DNA of 63,332 bases, filler included, from Chiloscyllium plagiosum (taxonomy: Eukaryota), in NCBI RefSeq assembly GCF_004010195.1. It is 4 parts of one record of this genome, joined end to end, with 100 filler letters (N's around TTAATTAATTAA, not from the genome) between each part and the next. Parts side by side here need not be neighbours in the genome. Positions count along the whole stretch, not along the records: positions 29,167 to 53,585 come from NC_057714.1; 3 more parts are not named here. One strand, 5' to 3'. Below are positions 36,961 to 49,542 of this stretch, piece by piece; positions within the stretch are counted from its first letter, which is position 1, and every line of letters starts with the position of its first letter. The translations under genes were made by a program, and so were the position numbers. The notes beneath the pieces were generated by a model. The model made no database searches and was not told where the DNA came from. It saw only the letters and a program-made list of their open reading frames with translations.

Positions 36961-38995
36961 GCCAAAGAAATAGAACTGCCTCGTAGCAGGATTGTGGGTG
37001 TGCCCACACCAGGTAGACTGCAGCAGTTCAATGCCATGTTCTCAAGGGCAATTAAGCATGGATAATAAATGCTAGCCCTTCCAATGATTCTCACATCCCA
37101 TGAATGAATGGTGCAATAGGGAACAATCAAACAACAAAATCAGGCTTGTTAGACTCTGGAATTCCTCTGCCAGAGGAAATAATTGCAGCAAAGACGGTGG
37201 CAACTTTTATAAGAAAAATAGATAAACATGTCAGAGATCGAAGATGCTGTGCTTTAGGGAGAACAGAGTGGTGCTGTTAGCATTGGAGTACTCTGGAAAA
37301 GAGCGAGTATGACAATGATGGAATGATTGGCCTCATTATTTTAAACTTTTATGGCTCTGGACAATGCTTCTATTCCCTGAAAAGGTTAAACATATTACAC
37401 TTACAGTACATTGTGTAAAAGCTAGTTTAATAATTATCTGGAATGATTTAGAATGTAGAGAGAGCAGTAAAACACAGCAAAATATATCCAAACAATAAAA
37501 ACCCTGTCAGTTCACTCTGGTTAAAATATACTTTCTGGATGTATGTCTTAGACAATTTGATAATAGACAGAATTTTTAGGTGAAACAATCTTTCATAGAT
37601 ATTAATGATGTTCCTATTTTCTCCTGCTATTGCTTACTGCTTTTATACTTCTATGGATGAATGCCAATTTTTTTGTATCCTACTCCCAATGCTCACGTGC
37701 AACATTCTGGTTCTCAGGGCACCATATGCAATGGAGTTGATGTTGAATTGTCTGATTCACCACAAAAAGTGATAATCCTGGAGACCTGCTGATGTGTGTG
37801 CAATGAATTATATAAACTCTTCATTTGTCAATTCTTGTCTCCTTTCAATTTGTGGCCAGTTACTTTTTAAATTCAGTAGACTGTACTTCTATGTTGCCAA
37901 TTAACATTTAATTTTTCAAACTGTGGCTGAGAATTACTGCTCATGAAACTTTCTGTCTATGGTAACAGCTACTGAAAACCAAAAACATGTCTGCACGATT
38001 CAGAGCAGTTCAGAAAAGCAAATAGCCCCCATACTGATATTCCCACTTTGTTTATTTCTGTTATGATAAGCAATGTTGGTTGATAGTGATGTCTTGGCCT
38101 TGGAAGGGAAAAGGAAGAGACTGAGTGTCTACATGTTCAGTCTGTTGACCCACAAGTAACTAAGAATCAGAACTCAGCTGTCATTCTGATACCAGAGTCT
38201 CTTCATGCACAACAAACTGATCATGATTCATTAACAGATAATCAAACATTCCATCAACGTTTATCCATGTGAAACAAACTGGAGGAACACTAGCCATGGG
38301 CCAGCCTGTGGAATTCTGTATCACTTGCGATTGTGTTGGACAGCAGAAGAAAAAAAATCAATGAGGAATCTGAACAGATTAACAAGTGTTTATCTTCCAA
38401 GGTATTAAACATTAAACTGAACCTGCCATGAGTGCCAAAAGCAAAGCTGTAGAAATGTTTTATCTGAACAAAGTCCTAAAAAAAATCAGTAGTACATTAT
38501 CTTTTTGTTGATTTATGTGGATCTTAGAATAATCCAAACTGTAATCAACATATCCTTATAAATAGTTGGCTCAACATAAATGCTGATAGTGACTACTGAA
38601 TATTGGGTGCAGAATCATTTGACCATGAGAACGTCAATAGCGTTTAATCCACATGCCACTGTGGAGGGACACTATGTTTAACTGTTCCTACACAAGTGTG
38701 ACAAACTGTTACTGGGAAGCATATCAAACAGGGTTCTTGAGGTGTAGCATTGTCACTCACGTAGGAACAGTCAAAGTTGAAAGCTCACCTGGAAAAGGTA
38801 AAACGCTAAGATGGAGCCTCCTGAAAAACCTTTAAGTATAATATGGGATTCTGAAGCACACAGGCTTCAAAGAGCAAGTATAACAAAGATGTACTTGACT
38901 GCTTAATCTAACATACTGCTCTGGGCAAGAAATTTACATCACAGATCTCTGGACAAGCATCATGATGCTGCAATGTGAATTCTAACTGGAATACT

Positions 38996-39326
38996 TAGAA
39001 TCAAAGAAACCCTATAGTGTAGAAGTAGGCCATTCCACCAATCGAGTCCACACTGCCCCTCTGAAACACATCCCACCTAAACCTCCTTATCCCTGCAATC
39101 TTGCATTTCTCAAGGCTAGTCTACCTAGCCTGCACTTCCCTTACATTTGGGTAATATAGCACAGCCAATTCACCTAACCTGCACATCTTTGGACTGTGGG
39201 AGGAAACCGAAGGAAACCCATGCAGACACGGGGAGAATGTGCAAACTCCATGCAGACAGTTGCCTGAGGCTGGAAATGAACCTGGGTCCCTGTGCTGTGA
39301 GGCAGCAGTGCTAACCATTGAACCAC
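38996..39326 (-). mobile_element. HE1 SINE
   Basis: Core and head visible on the minus strand. Confidence 0.88.
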
Positions 39327-39413
39327 ACTTTAATCATCAACTGAGAGTTGTTTGTTTTGGTTCAAATTGTCCCACCTAACGTTCTGGTGTAACATAAACA
39401 GCTTGTGAGTACA

Positions 39414-39569
39414 GCATCAAAACTATGGTGCTGGAAAAGCATCCTGATGAAGGGCTTATGCCCGAAATGTCGATTCTCCTGCTCCTCGGATGCTGCCCGA
39501 CCTGCTATGCTTTTCCAGCACTTCACTCTTGACGCTGATCTCCAGCATCTGCAGTCCTAAGTTTCCCCT
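39414..39569 (+). mobile_element. Mini-PLE family A with hammerhead core (39441-39474)
   Basis: TSD agcttgtga(g/a)taca at 39400-39413 and 39570-39583; atc CTGATGA a gggc ttat gccc GAAA tg TC gat. Confidence 0.87.
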
Positions 39570-40412
39570 AGCTTGTGAATACAATCAAGTCAAAGACAAC
39601 ATGAACTTTCCAATTCGTGGGGATGCTGATAATCTTTAATATGTGCTGTGAACACCACCCACAAGCTATTGGCTGTCTTGTAACCGCGTCCTTTTGCTTG
39701 TTTTAAATACAAAGAATGTTGGGGAATCTCAGCAAGTCTGGCAGTGTCAGCGGAGCGATAAACAGAGTTAATGTTTGAGTCCAGAACTGAAGATACTAAG
39801 TATCTAAGATAACTGTCCCCACAAATAATATATTTGTATGAATATATATTACATCACATAATCAATAAAGCCACAATATTGAGACATCATTTTAGAGGTG
39901 AAGAAGTATAGACAAAGCCCTGTTAGCGAGAATTTAAAATTATGTTTTGTTTATTCTACATTATGAGGTTGGAAAGATTGATAAAGCATTGGCAATGGAA
40001 AATCTATTTTACAAGTTGAATATTAATATGCATATTTAATTTGAATTCACTAATGATTCAGAAGAATTTGTTAATTTCCAATAACTAGTGGAATTCAGAG
40101 CATTCACTGCAGGAATAAAACAAAAACAAAGGGCTGCAGTGCCTGGTGATATTCATTGTCATGTGAAGTAACAGTTATCTTGTGGAGTTATTTGCTTGGA
40201 GAAGATGGTGCGATAGTGGTAATGTCACTGGCACAGTGATTTTTTTATTCATTCATGGAATGAAGGCAGCACTGGCTAGGTCAGCACTTATTACGCAGAG
40301 AGCAGTTAAGAGTCAACCACATGTAGGCCAGACCAGGTAAGGATGGCACTTTCCTTTCCATAAAGTGAACCTGATGATTTTTTCCAACAATCAACAATTG
40401 ATTCACAGTTAT

Positions 40413-40602
40413 ATAGGACAAACAGGAAGACAGCTAACAATCCGCATACATGAACATCAACTAGCCACGAAACGACACGAATCCCAAGCGCTGATGATGT
40501 CGCCTAGCCAGGGGACGAAACGTTTGCAACAAAAACTTCCAGCTCGGCGAACAGAACCACAACAACGAGCACCCGAGCTACAAATCTTCGCACAAACTTT
40601 GA
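40413..40602 (+). mobile_element. Mini-PLE family C: GIY-YIG fragment fused to a pLTR
   Basis: 12 bp TSD attcacagttat at 40401-40412 and 40603-40614; YIGQTGRQLTIRIHEHQLATKRH. Confidence 0.88.
40488..40527 (+). ncRNA. Minimal hammerhead motif (PLE family C)
   Basis: gcg CTGATGA t gtcgcct agcc aggggac GAAA cg TT tgc; palindrome AAACGTTT. Confidence 0.72.
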
Positions 40603-41304
40603 ATTCACAGTTATCATTAGATCCGTAATTCCTGATATTTATTGAATTCAAATTCCACTATCTACCATGGTGGGATTCGAACTCTGGTACCCAGAACACT
40701 GCATGGGTTAACAATCTATTATATGCAATAATGTAAATACTACTGGGCCATTGACTTCCCTTTGATAAACTAAAAAGTAATGTTTGGAGACATGGGCTGA
40801 AATTCCACCATGGCAACTCATGGAACTTGAATTCAATTAATAAAATCTGGATCACTGATTGTTCTCAAAGATAATCTGGTTTGCTAAAGCTGCTTAGGAA
40901 AGGATACCTGATGTCCTTACTGGTATAACCTACACATGAATCTGATGCACATTAATGTGGTTGACTCTTAACTGCCATCTTAAATGACTGAGTAAGGCAG
41001 ATAATAGAATTGGTGGGTCCAACTAATGTTGGTCTTGCTAGTGACATCCTCATGAACGAATACAGAACAGTTTGACACATCTCAGCAATGAACAGCATGA
41101 GGTTAAAAATCTGATCGAAATATGTAACAGTTCAGGTCACAGCTATAAAGAGAAAGCACAGGTTACTGAATTTCACCTGTCTGTGCTTCATCAGAAGTGT
41201 TAAGGAGTGACAAAGGGAACTTCTAGCTTTACCAAAACTAACTGATTGACTCCTCATTTGCAGCAATTTATGCTTTTATTTCAAATTCTCAGCACTTGCA
41301 GTTA

Positions 41305-42975
41305 TAGATTCATAAAATCATTGCACAGAATAGCCCTTTGGCCCATGAAGTCTTACCACCATAAATAAACTACTTCACAGATCAGAGTTGAAAAGTGTGG
41401 TGCTGGAAAAGTATAGCAGGTCAGGCAGCATCCGAGGAGTAGGAGAGTTGATATTTCCAGCGTAAGCCCTTCATCAGGAATGTTGAGGGGGCAGAGAGCT
41501 GACAAATAAATAGGAAGGTGGGGTAGGGCTGGGAAGGTGATAGGTGGATGCAGATGGGGGGGTGATAGTGTTAGGTCAGTGGAGTGAGTGGAGTGGATAA
41601 GTAGGGAGGAAGATGAACAGGTAGGTTAAATCAAGAGGATCTGGGACGAGGTGGGGAGAGGGGAGGTTTTGAAACTGGTGAAGTCGATGTTGATGCCGTG
41701 TGGTTGAAGGTCCCAAGACAGAAGATGAGGCATTCTTCCTCCAGTTGGCAGGTGACTTGGATTAGGCTGTAGAGGAGGCCCGGGACTTTCATGTCCTTGG
41801 GGGAGTGGAAGGAGGAGTTGAAGTGGTCAGCCACAGTGCAGTGGGGTTCCTTGCACCCCCACTCCCACCCTTCTATTTATCTCTCAGCACCCTTTCCCCT
41901 CCACATTCCTGATGAAGGGCTCCTCAGATGCTGCCTGACTTGTTGTGCTTTTCCAGTGCTACACTTTTCGATGCTGTCTCTCCAACATCTACAGTCCTTA
42001 CTTTCTCCTACTTCATACATCAGTCACACTTTCCCATATTAGACACATAGCCTTAAATGTTATGACATTTCGTGTGCTTATGTAGGTACGTTTTAAAGAT
42101 TGTGAGGTTTATTGCCTCAACTCCCTTCCCGAGCAGTGAATCCCAGTCTCCACCACCCTCTAGGTGAAAACATTTTTCCTTAAATCCTCTCTAAGCCCCC
42201 TTGTTATTGATCCTTCAACTAAGGGGGAACCACTGTTTTCTATTCACCCTTTCCATCCCTCATAATCATCTACCCATCTATTAAGCGCTCCACACAAGCT
42301 TCTCTGCTCCAAAGAAAACACTAGCTTATTCAGTCTCTCTTCATAGATGAAATGCTCAATTTCAGTTAAACTCCTGATATCTCTCCTCTGTACACCCTCT
42401 AGTACAATCACGTTCTTCCTGTCTTGTGCTGACCAGAACTGCATAAGTACTCCAACTGTGGAATAACTAAAGTTCTGTACTGCTCCACCGTGACCTCCCT
42501 TCTCTTATGAGCTTTGCCTTGACTGATAAAGACAAGTGTCCCATATGCCTTCTTAATGACTGTATCAGTCTTTCATGGTGCTTTCATGGATCTGTGGACT
42601 AGCACCCCAAGATCCCACTGTCTTCTGACCTTCTTAATGTCTTGCTATTCATTGAGTACTCCTTTGTCTTGCTCCTTCTTCCAAAGTGCTCTGCCTCACA
42701 TTTGACAGGGTTAGGTTTTATCTGCCATTGATATGCCCATTTGAACAATCCATTTACTGTATATCTTCCTGTAATCCAATAGCTTCCTCCTCACTGTCAA
42801 CCATCCAACCAATCACTGTGGGATTTGCAAACATGTCATTCCCCCTCCTAAATTTTCATCAACATCAGTTGTGAATATCACCAATAATAAGGAACCCAGT
42901 GCTGATCTCTTTGGTACACCATCAGACACCAGGCTCCAGTCACACAGTCTCCTACCACCATCATTTGTCTCTGAT
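41305..42975 (-). mobile_element. Old CR1 RT/3' part interrupted by a PLE
   Basis: DGVPK.SALG.LL, QFWSAQDRKNVIVLEGVQRR. Confidence 0.8.
41386..42007 (-). mobile_element. PLE family A: pLTR, ORF C-terminus, inverted pLTR
   Basis: VADHFNS.FHSPKDMKV.GLL...LEEECLIFCLGT; ~16 bp TSD (2 mismatches) at 41370-41385 and 42008-42023. Confidence 0.87.
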
Positions 42976-43014
42976 TGGCAAAATGTCCTCCATTGAGACA
43001 ACAGGTCAAATGGT

Positions 43015-43630
43015 GGTGGAGTAGGATGCTTGAGTCGGTGCATGATTGCTCTGTCCATTTCTTTTCTTTGTGTTTTTGTTTTCTTTCCACCTCCCATTCT
43101 CAGGTGGCTTCAGCGATGTCTGGGGTGAAAGCCAACGTGAACTCCTGGCCTCAGTGTGGACTCCAACTCCTAGCCTCAGAGTGGACCTGATCTCCCGGCC
43201 TCAGCATGGACTTCAACTCCTGGCCTCAGCATGGACTCCAACTCCTGGCCCCAGTGAGGACTCCAACTCCCGGCCTCAGCGTGGACTTGACTCCCAGCCT
43301 CAGCATGGACTTGGACTCCTGGCTTCAGTATGAACTCTCGAACTCCCGGCCTCAGTGTGAACTCTCGAACTCCCGGCCTCAGCATGGACTCAAACTCATG
43401 GCCTCAGCATGGACTTGACTCTGAGGACTCCCAGCCTTGAGGTGAAATATGGCGTGGCCTGGTTTGGAACGAGTGTTATTCTGAATTCTTATTTCTCTAA
43501 TTTTATGATTTATTGTTGGACTTTACATTTCTTTATTTTTCAACCTTTTTTTCCCTCAGAATTTGAACTTTAGAGTCTGTACTTAGGTTTCTTGGTACCT
43601 AAGCTGACTTCTTAAGTGGTGATTAAAACT
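43015..43630 (+). mobile_element. Composite element with ~25 bp VNTR (43130-43440) and T-rich 3' part
   Basis: About 12 units like ACTCCTGGCCTCAGCATGGACTCCA; layout parallels 15295-16098 and 24176-26385. Confidence 0.55.
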
Positions 43631-44949
43631 AATTCTAATTTTAATTCTGATCACTTAGCCAATTTTAGATTGACCTTGCCAAGTTATACTGGATGCCTTT
43701 ACCTTCTTTATCAGATTACTATGTGGTACCGTGTCAATAGCCTTGCAGAAATCAAGTTCTTTTATTATTTCACAATGTAATATTGGTAGATTAAAAAATA
43801 ACCAGGGTTTTCTGATGCTGGCATTAATTCAGCTTAGTTTTGCAAAAATGATGCTTTCAAATATTTTCAAAGATACAATCTGGAAAGAAAGCATTTTGTG
43901 TGGAAGATCTTATCGTCTTTGAAACTGTTGAAGGCAGGTTTATAGTAATAATCGCAATGTATTTGGCTATTGTCTGCAATCTTTGATTGCTGATAATCTC
44001 GCACCTTCAAATGGTTCCACAAGGCTGCTTATAGCAGTGATAATAAGGCTCATTTATCTTAAGGAATGTCATTTATTTGCAAGCAAGAAATCTTGTTGAT
44101 AAACTTTGCAAAGTAAGTTTAGTAATAGTGATAATGGCAATAAATGCATGCCCCCTGAGATTAATTGATATATTAGAACATGACAGAATAAATTGCCATT
44201 ACCACCCCAGTAAAGTCCTTAGAGTCCTGTTAGGATTGTACAGGCTTCTATGAGAGCTCTCTCATCATTTTTGTGAACCCTGGCAAAGATAATCCTAACA
44301 GATTCAATCTTTGCTCATAATTCAGTCCCACCATTCCAGGAATCAGTCCGGTGAATCTTTGCTGCACTCGATCTATAGCAAGAACATCCTTTCTCAGATG
44401 AACAGCAAATTTGTACAGCCCACTTAGTTTCCTTCCGGTTTTAAAGTGTTTCACTTTTAAAAAAAAAGCAGAACTCTTAAATAAGCAAAAAGTTATTTTA
44501 TTACAAAACCATTGCTACAGTTACTGAAGCAAAAGTGATAAGGTTCGCCACTAAAAATACAAATGTAAAAGTTAAAAGTAAGTAAGGATAACGGATAATG
44601 AGAGATTAATCTCATTATCTTTAATAGATCACTGTGGGCCTGACTTCCAAAAAGATTTCTCTTTCGAAAGTGAAGGGATAGAAAGTTGATCAGAATCAGC
44701 AGCTGCATTGACTTCAGTGGTTAAGCAAGTTAAAACTCCTATGTCGCATGTTTACAGCACTGAAGGATCTGCTCCTTGGTTAGGTACAACAGTACGTCAG
44801 CTGGTGGCAATGTCCATCTCCATGTTGAGGACCAACTCCCTTTCTGATGGCATTTTGCAGAATTCTTCCTGGGGAGTTCTGCACAAATTGGCAACACACA
44901 GTCCCATTTCGAAGATCAAAACTTAAGGGGGTTGCTATGTCCCAAAACT

Positions 44950-45159
44950 TGACAAACAAGAGGCTAGAAGAATGTACAAGCTATGCAGCATCAGGAGGTG
45001 GAGAAGTCAATGTTTCAGGTATAACCCTTCTTCAGGAATATTCCCAAGAGTAAACAGAAATAGAAACCTCCTAATGCTATCTGGCTTGCTGTATTCTTCT
45101 AGCCTCCTGCCTGTCTACTTTAGATTCCAGCATCTGCAGTTTTTTGGTCTCTAAGTAAG
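44950..45159. mobile_element. Palindromic mini-PLE (further family) with minus-strand hammerhead core at 45007-45037
   Basis: 14 bp TSD tatgtcccaaaact at 44936-44949 and 45160-45173; CTGAAGA a gggt tat acct GAAA ca TT. Confidence 0.8.
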
Positions 45160-46151
45160 TATGTCCCAAAACTGGCAAGTCATTGGGTATTGAGTTGAGA
45201 CAGATCCCAATGCTGTTTGGTGATCCAGGTAATTAACCTTTTTAATTGCGCAGCCATTAGTTTGGATGAGTCTCATTGTCAGGTTGTATTGAGCTTGGAA
45301 CGGTTATTCATCTCCAGGGAAAGCATTGTTGAGGTGTTCCTATTTCCCCTTGGAAATGTTAATTGACTTTCAAAAGGACTTCTGCGACTTCTTCCTGAGG
45401 TAACTATCTTCCAGTTCTAGTTCCAGGTGAATTCCAAAATGGTATTCTTATGACTTTTGTGAGTTATTTTATGTGATTCTTTGTCCAATTTGGAGACTGA
45501 TTGGTTTCCTTTGCAAAACAAATGTAGAATTTTAAAAACATAGAATATATAAGCAGGAGTAAGCCATTCAGCCTTTCAAACCTAGTCATGGCTGATCATG
45601 CTACTCAATACCTTGTCCCTGCTTTTCCCCCTATTTTCATTATTCCATGTTCTTTGATACCTTGAACCCCAAGTGTAATATTCAGTTCCTTCTTGCAAAC
45701 AGACATTTTGGCCTTGACTGCTTTCTGTGGTAGAGAATTTCATAGGTTCAACAATCTCTGGTTAAGGAAATTTCTTCTCATTTCAGTCCTAAGTGATGTA
45801 TTCTGTATCTTTAGATTGTGAACCCTGGTTCTGGACTGTACTGCCATCAGGAACATCTTTCCCACATCTACCCTGTCCAGTCCTGTTAGGACTTTATAGA
45901 TTTCTAAAAGATTCCTCCCTCATTTTTCTGAACTCTGGCAAATATAATCCTAACAGATCCAACCTTTCCTCAAGCTTCAGTCCCACCATCTCAGGAATCA
46001 GAGTGGTAAACCATTGCTGCACTCCTTCTACAGTAAGAACATTCTTCTTCAGATGAGATCAAAACTGCACATAATATTATGGGTCTGGTCACACAAAGGC
46101 CTTGTGTGATTGCAGCAAGACTTCCCTGTTCCTGTACTCAAACCATCAGCT

Positions 46152-47604
46152 AGGGGAGGCATGGTGGCTCAGTGGTTAGCACTGCTGCCGCACAGCATCA
46201 GGGACATAGAACATAGAACATAGAAGAATACAGCGCAGTACAGGCCCTTTGGCCCTCGATGTTGCGCCGATCCAAGCCCACCTAACCTACACTAGCCCAC
46301 TATCCTCCATATGCCTATCCAATGCCCGTTTAAATGCCCGTAAAGAGGGAGAGTCCACCACTGCTACTGGCAGGGCATTCCATGAACTCACGANNNNNNN
46401 NNNNNNNNNNNNNNNNNNNNNNNNNNNNNNNNNNNNNNNNNNNNNNNNNNNNNNNNNNNNNNNNNNNNNNNNNNNNNNNNNNNNNNNNNNNNNNNNNNNN
46501 NNNNNNNNNNNNNNNNNNNNNNNNNNNNNNNNNNNNNNNNNNNNNNNNNNNNNNNNNNNNNNNNNNNNNNNNNNNNNNNNNNNNNNNNNNNNNNNNNNNN
46601 NNNNNNNNNNNNNNNNNNNNNNNNNNNNNNNNNNNNNNNNNNNNNNNNNNNNNNNNNNNNNNNNNNNNNNNNNNNNNNNNNNNNNNNNNNNNNNNNNNNN
46701 NNNNNNNNNNNNNNNNNNNNNNNNNNNNNNNNNNNNNNNNNNNNNNNNNNNNNNNNNNNNNNNNNNNNNNNNNNNNNNNNNNNNNNNNNNNNNNNNNNNN
46801 NNNNNNNNNNNNNNNNNNNNNNNNNNNNNNNNNNNNNNNNNNNNNNNNNNNNNNNNNNNNNTAAACCCCTAATCATCTTGTATACCTCTATCAAGTCACC
46901 CCTAAACCTTCTTTTCTCTAGTGAAAACAGCGCCAAGTGTCTCAGTCTTTCCTCATACGATCTTCCTTCCATACCAGGCAACATCCTGGTAAACCTCCTC
47001 TGCACCCGTTCCAGTGCCTCCACATCCTTCCTATAGTATGGCGACCAAAACTGCACACAATATTCCAGATGCGGCCGCACCAGAGTTTTATACAACTGCA
47101 TCATGACCTCAGGACTCCGGAACTCAATTCCTCTACCTATAAAAGCCAGTACGCCATATGCCTTCTTCACCGCACTATTTACTTGGGTGGCAACTTTCAG
47201 AGATCTGTGTACATGGACACCAAGATCCCTCTGCTCATCCACACTACCAAGTATCCGACCATTAGCCCAGTACCCCATCTTTTTGTTACTCTTACCAAAG
47301 TGAACCACCTCACACTTACCCACATTGAACTCCATTTGCCACCTTTCTGCCCAGCTCTGGGTTCAATTCCTGCCTTGGGGACTGTCTGTGTGGAGTTTGC
47401 ACATTTTCCCTGTGTCTGTGTGGGTTTCCTCCCATAATCCAAAGATGTATAGGTCAGGTGAATTGGTCATGCTAAATTGCCCTTAGTGCTAGGTGCTTTA
47501 GTCAGGGGTAAATGTAGAGTAGGGGGGTGGGTTACTCTTCAGAGGGTTGGTGTGGACTTGTTGGGCTGAAGGCTCTGTTTCCATACTGTAGGGAATCTAA
47601 TCTA
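46152..47604 (+). mobile_element. HE1 SINE split between its A and B boxes
   Basis: Head at 46152-46205; B box gggttcaattcc and body resume at ~47357. Confidence 0.88.
46206..47356 (-). mobile_element. Young 5'-truncated CR1 with uninterrupted ORF2 C-terminal frame
   Basis: MEFNVGKCEVVHFG...LYKTLVRPHLEYCVQFWSPYYRKD...RGDLIEVYKMIRG with no stop up to the gap; (agaacat)n tail on the plus strand. Confidence 0.95.
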
Positions 47605-47984
47605 TAGCATTTGCCTTTTTTACAGCCTGCAGCAGCTACATGCATTTTTTTTATGACTGCTGCTTAAGGACACCTAGATCTCATGGCATATTCCTCTCTC
47701 TCAATTTATAGCCAACACAATGATAGTCTGCAGTTTTGTTTTTGCTACCAAAGTGGGTAACTTCATATTTGTTCACATCATTTTTCATCTGCCAGATATT
47801 TGCCAGCTCACTCAGGTTGTCAAAATCAAACTGAAGTCTCTCTGTATCATTCTTAAAGTTCATCCTCCCCATCTAGCTTTTGTCATCTTCAAATATGACC
47901 CCCTACTGTGTTCATGACTGTGTAGCCAAATTTCATCCCAACTCCATTATATTTGCTGACAGCGGCTGTATTGGTGACTTTTGG

Positions 47985-48534
47985 AATATTGTGTGTAATT
48001 CTTGTCTCCTTCCTATCGGAAGGATGTTGTGAAACTTGAAAGGGTTCAGAAAAGATTTACAAGGATCTTGCCAGGGTTGGAGGATTTGAGCTACAGGGAG
48101 AGTCTGTAAAGGCTGGGGCTGTTTTCCTTGGAGTGTCGGAGGTTGAGGGGTGACCTTATAGAGGTTGAAAAAATCATGATGAGCTTAGATAGGGTAAATA
48201 GTCAAGATCTTTTCTCTGGGGTGAAGGAGTCCAGAAGTCGAGGGTATAGGTTTAAAGTGAGAGGAGAAAGATATATAAAGGGTCCAAAGAGGCAACATTT
48301 TCATGCAGAGGGTGGTGTGTGTATGGAATGAGCTGGCAGAGGAAGTGGTGAAAGCTGGTACAATTGTAGCTTTTAAAAGGCATCTGGATGGGTAAATGAA
48401 TAGGTAGGATTTTGATGGATATGGCCAAGCACTGTCAAATGGGACTAGATTAGGTTGGGATATCTGGTCAGCAGGGACGAGTTGAAATTTAGGGTCTGTT
48501 TCCATGCTGTACATCTCTATGATTCTATGACTCT
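47985..48534 (+). mobile_element. CR1 LINE 3' part
   Basis: RRLRGDLIEV; tail ctctatgattctatgactctatga. Confidence 0.92.
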
Positions 48535-49342
48535 ATGACACCACCATTGTAGGCCGGATATCAAACAATGACGAGACAGAATACAGGAAGGAGATAGAAT
48601 GCCTGATGACGTGGTGCAAAGATAATAATTCTCTCTTAGTGTAAGCAAATCTAAAAAGCTGACCATTGATTTCAGGAAGCAAGGAGGAAGACAGGCCCCT
48701 ATCTACATGAATGGAGCGGAGATGGGAGATGGTCAAGAGTATCAAGTTTCTCGGGGTGACAATAACCAACAAGTTCTCCTGACATGGATGTGACAAACAA
48801 GAAGACACAAAAATGCCTCTTCTTTCTCAGGACTCTCACCAATTCTTACAGATGCACCATAGAAAGCATTCCATCTGGATGCATCACGGCCTGGTATGGC
48901 AACTGCTTTGCCCAGTGTTATAAGAAACTACAGAAAGTTGTGTTCCATCACAGAAGCCAACCTCCCATCCATTGATTCCACCTACACTCTCGTTGCCTTG
49001 GAAAGGCAGCCAACATCATCAAAGATCCCTCCAATCCCAATTATAATCTCTTCCAACATCTTCCATCAGGCAGAAGATGCAAAAGCTTAAACACATGTAC
49101 CAACAGGTTCAAGAAAAGCTTCTTCCCTGCTTTTATTAGACTGTTGAATGGACCTGTCAAATTTCAAATCTAATGTTGATTTTGTTTTTTGCACATCTTC
49201 TATGCAGCCATAACTTTATGTGTCTCATTCTGTTCAATTATCCCATGATTTGAATGTCTTTGTATGTTATGATCTGCTTGTACTGCATGCAAAACAGAAC
49301 GCTTCACTGTTTTTAGGCACATGTGACAATAATAAATCAAAT
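48535..49342 (+). mobile_element. Rex1/Babar-clade LINE RT C-terminus and 3' UTR
   Basis: DTTIVGRISNNDETEYRKEIECL.TWCKDN..., KFLGVTI, YRCTIESI.SGCITAWYGNC; tail catgtgacaataataaatcaaat. Confidence 0.85.
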
Positions 49343-49542
49343 AGGAGAAAGTGAGGATTGTAGATGCTGGAGATCACAGTCGAGAGTATGGTGCTGGAAA
49401 AGCACAGCAGGTCAGGCAGCATCTGAGGAGCAGGAGAATCAATGTTTCAGACATTCCTGATGAAGGGCTTGTGCCTGAAATGTCGATTCTTCTGCTCCTC
49501 GGATGCTGTTTGACCTGCTGTGCTTTTCCAGCACTACACTCT
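49343..49542. mobile_element. Palindromic mini-PLE family A with hammerhead core (49454-49487)
   Basis: 19 bp TSD tgacaataataaatcaaat at 49324-49342 and 49543-49561. Confidence 0.9.

Larger units (their letters stand above)
45535..47890 (-). mobile_element. Old CR1 (45535-46145 plus 47605-47890) hosting a SINE that itself hosts a young CR1
   Basis: CR1 coding sequence resumes after 47604 (LQFDFDNLSELANIWQM). Confidence 0.8.

Noticed and set aside
43130..43440. CRISPR-like ~25 bp repeats
   Set aside because: Units are contiguous with no unique spacers, and the context is eukaryotic
46249..46872. Long ORFs of 170-315 aa in the ORF track
   Set aside because: Lengths are inflated by N gaps; the real part is CR1 ORF2
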